Source: Octopus bimaculoides (taxonomy: Eukaryota). From it: a stretch of 39,028 nt of DNA. The position numbers and the translations under genes are program-made. Shown here in pieces: positions 35,621-39,028 of this stretch. Under the pieces are notes generated by a model. The model was not told the origin of the DNA and did not search any database. It worked only from the letters and a program-made list of their open reading frames with translations. Numbering within the stretch: position 1 is the stretch's first letter; each line of letters opens with the position of its first letter. The stretch is from assembly GCF_001194135.2 (NCBI RefSeq), contig NC_068988.1, positions 68,440,656 through 68,479,683 on the forward strand. Reading direction: 5' to 3'.

Positions 35621-37193
35621 GTTTATGTATTTACTGTACACGATTCTTGATACGAAAGAGTGTGTTGAAATATGTATCGTTATATTGGGGATGGTCATCA
35701 TTTGCCATTTGAACACACGCACCATTCATTTGGTCTCATTTTGGTTCTCCCTATTCTATTTTGTCCTTCATTGGTATGTAGGGTACGTATCACAAAATGA
35801 AAAAGTGGAATAGGCAGGGTAAGAGGAGACACAGAGATCACAAAATGTGTTACGAAAGAAATCTGTCAGACAAATAAATTTAAAATAATGCTAATAAAAC
35901 TAAAGTGAAAGTCAAATAAATGTCGCGTGTGTTTAATTGGCATACAATGTCCCCAAGTATAACAATGTATATCTGTGTGCGTGTGTAGGTACGTGTGTAT
36001 GTGTGTGTTTGCGCGTGTGTATATGTGTACACACACAGACATATACACACAAAGAAAGAGAGAGAGAAAGTGAGAGTGAGAGAGTGAGAGACCAAACAAA
36101 ACATGCAGATATTGCCATTAAATTTATTATGAAATAAGTTACAAAAGCGTAAACACAAACATATTTATGGACGAAAACATCTAATTCTCGATAGTTTTTT
36201 TACAACTATTTCACAAATCCAAAGGCTAGTTGATGTAATAATGTGCTACGCAATCGGTTGTATATTCCAATGCAATAATACACATCAGACAAATAGAAAT
36301 AATTATCAACGCATAAACATATGTTATGTTTAAGTTGGAAGCACTGAAGTGCCGAATATTGTCTCCAGAAAGATAGGTGGCAAATGTCAATTCTGTAGAA
36401 GTAAAGTAATATTTAAGAGCACAGAAACATCAAAAAACACGATTGAGGAAGAGGGTTTTAGCAATGGGCAAGTAGAAAGTGTGAGAGAAAGATATACTGA
36501 GAAACTAAAAGCTAGAAAATATAAATAAAAGTGAAGGAGAGAAGTTAGGGGATGCACAACTATACAAAAAGAAAGGGAAAGAAAAGGAGAAAAACATTAG
36601 AGAAAAGATGAAACAGATATATAGCTGGTTAGAATCAGACTGGTCAAGACAAATCATAAATCTTAAGTACGTGTATAACAGAGTACAGAAGGAAGATCAA
36701 AGAGAATTCATTAAGAGAAACAAGAAAGAAAAAAAGAATAAAAGACAGCAGCTAGCCAGCCCTTGCCCTGCTAATGACACAATGACCTTTTAGCAGCTAT
36801 TAAACTGTATTAAACATAATAAGCATTGAAGCGTGTAGACAAGGCGGGATACAATGAAAATAGAAAGAATTGAAAGATGTTTTAAAATGAGAACCCACAA
36901 ATATAGGAAGTGAGAGTGAAGAATAAATGGCAAATTAAGAAATGCAAAAGAAGTGACCACAAAAAAATGATTATTATGTAACTATATACGGAATATTTAA
37001 TTATGTTACGCCCGCATTAGAATACAAGCATGACATTATTCCAGAAGTATATATATATAAGCTATGAGGAAGAAGGTAGATTAAAATGAGGGCGTTATAG
37101 TTATCACAAACGATAGTTTGTAGTTATCTCACAGTTTCGGCAATTTGGTGTTTTTGGGGAAGCGGAAGGTGATTCCGTCGCTTTATAGATTCT

Positions 37194-37402
37194 TGTTGGA
37201 TTTTTTTGTAAATATATATATATATATTCTTATGTATCAAGCTACTGCTATCTAGCACCTTCGGATGATCTCTACTCAACCGCTACACGACTACTGCTCA
37301 ACGGCTACTCCACAGTCACTCAACTCTCTACCACGGACAGACTACCTCCATTTATATGTATTGGGTGATCCTACTTCTTCACTTGGCGGCGTCGACACAA
37401 CA
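37194..37402. mobile_element. Possible solo-LTR-like segment (TGTTG...CAACA)
   Basis: 5-bp inverted termini around a 209-bp GC-richer island with a minus-strand TATA-like catataaa. No TSD was found. Confidence 0.22.
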
Positions 37403-37463
37403 TATATATAAGGGAAAAATTCAAGGTGGAAAATGCTAAAGTAATTTTATCCCTAAAATCATT

Positions 37464-37503
37464 TTAGTACCGGTTTCAGTCATTGGGATTTCCTCAACTC
37501 TAA
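37464..37503 (-). ncRNA. Degenerate minimal type I hammerhead motif at the pseudo-LTR outer end
   Basis: Minus strand UUAGAG-UUGAGGA-AAUC(CCAAU)GACU-GAA-ACCGGU-A-CUAA. It needs C3U, one helix II mismatch and a 2-nt loss in helix I to be explained. Confidence 0.45.
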
Positions 37504-37663
37504 GTATGGAAAATAATAAGATTTTGGAAAGATTAAACGAAAATTTTTGTAAAAACATATTGGCATAGTATTCAAATACAAGGGGCACTTTCCTTGTTTC
37601 TGCCTGTCTCTGTCTCTCTTGTTTACTCATGTAGGTTCGAGGTAGTTGTGAATATTTGGCAGA

Positions 37664-37780
37664 GAAGAAGAAGAAGAAGAAGAAGAAGAAGAAGAAGAAG
37701 AAGAAGAAGAAGAAGAAGAAGAAGAAGAAGAAGAAGAAGAAGAAGAAGAAGAAGGAGAAGAAGAAGAAGAAGAAGAAGAA
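37664..37780. repeat. (GAA)n tract, mirrored by (TTC)n at 38899-38969
   Basis: About 39 GAA units with one interruption, inside the pseudo-LTR. Confidence 0.95.
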
Positions 37781-38075
37781 AAAAAGAATGTGGGAGTGGT
37801 ATAATACTAGTAGGATTTTAAATGGTCAAGTTCCCCGAAAGTGACTTGTTGTGGATGATAGTAGTGATTGAATTCTTGAGACATCTCTTTTGAATGTATT
37901 GTTTTTAATATTTGCGTAGGTGTTATTCCAAACAGTAGTAGTAGTAAATCAAGGAAGGAGGTGGCGGAGAGGGAGAAGAAGACGAAGAAGAAGAAGAAGA
38001 AGGAAGAGAAGAGAAGGAATAATAAAATAATGACTGTATAAGCTCAACAAACGCACTGAAACCGTCAGTAAAATA

Positions 38076-38465
38076 TGCAGAAGACCCAACTGTGGGATAT
38101 GCGTCAATTTAATTGAGGGATCACAGTACTTCTTCAAACAGAGGCAATGTTTCACAGGGAGAAGCAGCTTCACATGTGCTTCGGAGAACAAGATAACGCA
38201 CTAACCTCCTATGGGTGTCAAGAGCAATATATAGGCCAAAAAAAAAAAAAACAGTCTACGTCAAAGGATGGCTCTGCAGAGATCCCAGATCAAAATTCCG
38301 AAAAACATAAAAATAGCATTCAGCCAACACATCGACATTTGCGCCAATAACAAAACTCCAAACTTCAGAATTTTTGCCCTCTATCAATTCAGGGATGATA
38401 CGACTTGAAGCCAAGGTATTAGTAAAGAGTCGTTCTTTATCACAAAATACAGACCCTTTTTGAAC
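38076..38465 (+). pseudogene. Penelope-like GIY-YIG endonuclease domain, frameshifted
   Basis: CRRPNCGICVNLIEGSQYFFKQRQCFTGRSSFTCASEN / NALTSYGCQEQYIGQ / SLRQRMALQRSQIK...FSQHIDICANNKTPNFRIFALYQF...KESFFITKYRPFLN. This shows the PLE CxxCxxC, FTC.S.N, C..QYIG, L..R and terminal E..FI...P.LN motifs. Confidence 0.88.
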
Positions 38466-39028
38466 GCATCTACGACAACTGAACTATCCACGACGACATA
38501 ATAATAGCACACGCAAATATGAAAAAATGATACATTCAAAAGTGATACCCAAGATTTCAATAAAAACAGTCCCAATCACTACTATAATTCATAACGAGCC
38601 ACTTTTAGGTCACTCGACCATTTAACATCCTACTACTATCACACCACTTCTGCATTCTTTTATTATTCTTTTTCTTCTTCTCCTTCTCCTTTTCCTTCTT
38701 CTTCGCTTTCTTCCTCTCTGTCACATCTTTCCTTACTTTACTACTACCGATGTTTAAAATAACACCTACGCAAATACTAAAATCAATATATTCAAGAGAG
38801 ATATCTCAAGAATTCAATCACTACTACCATCCACAACGGGTCACTTTCAGGTCACTTGACCATTTAACATCCTACTACTATCATGCCACTCCCGCATATT
38901 CTTCTTCTTCTTCTTCTTCTTCTTCTTCTTCTTCTTCTTCTTCTTCTTCTTCTTCTTCTTCTTCTTCTTTGCCAAGAATTCATAACGACGTCGAAACCAC
39001 AAGAGTAAACAAGGGAGACAGAGACAGG

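Larger units (their letters stand above)
37440..39028 (+). mobile_element. 5'-truncated Penelope-like element: inverted pseudo-LTR, GIY-YIG remnant, direct pseudo-LTR (runs off window)
   Basis: 37603-38030 is the reverse complement (about 80% by eye) of 38640-39028, including the (GAA)n/(TTC)n tracts. A GIY-YIG remnant lies between the arms. The left boundary is uncertain. Confidence 0.8.

Noticed and set aside
37594-37844. Poly-R and poly-K ORFs
   Set aside because: Frames of the (GAA)n tract.

Overview
AT-rich eukaryotic intergenic or intronic DNA from a gapped draft assembly (12 N-gaps), saturated with microsatellites and decayed transposons. The SINE families look to me like those of octopod cephalopods; this is from memory and not verified. 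No protein-coding gene, tRNA, rRNA or CRISPR array can be supported, and nearly all ORFs in the supplied track are microsatellite or gap artefacts. Supportable content: at least 3 tRNA-type SINE families (about 13 copies), two Tc1-type elements with TIRs, a mariner 5' half, a TA-flanked MITE, two Penelope-like GIY-YIG remnants (one with an inverted pseudo-LTR), and several long fold-backs. The most interesting signal is a set of minimal type I hammerhead ribozyme motifs with palindromic helix III. Two lie in a head-to-head pair of short B-box/(AAT)n/hammerhead elements at 16.2-16.9 kb, which look like a Pol III-type SINE/retrozyme hybrid. A degenerate third lies at the outer end of the Penelope pseudo-LTR. 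All alignments, translations and mismatch counts were done by eye, and boundaries of old repeats are approximate.
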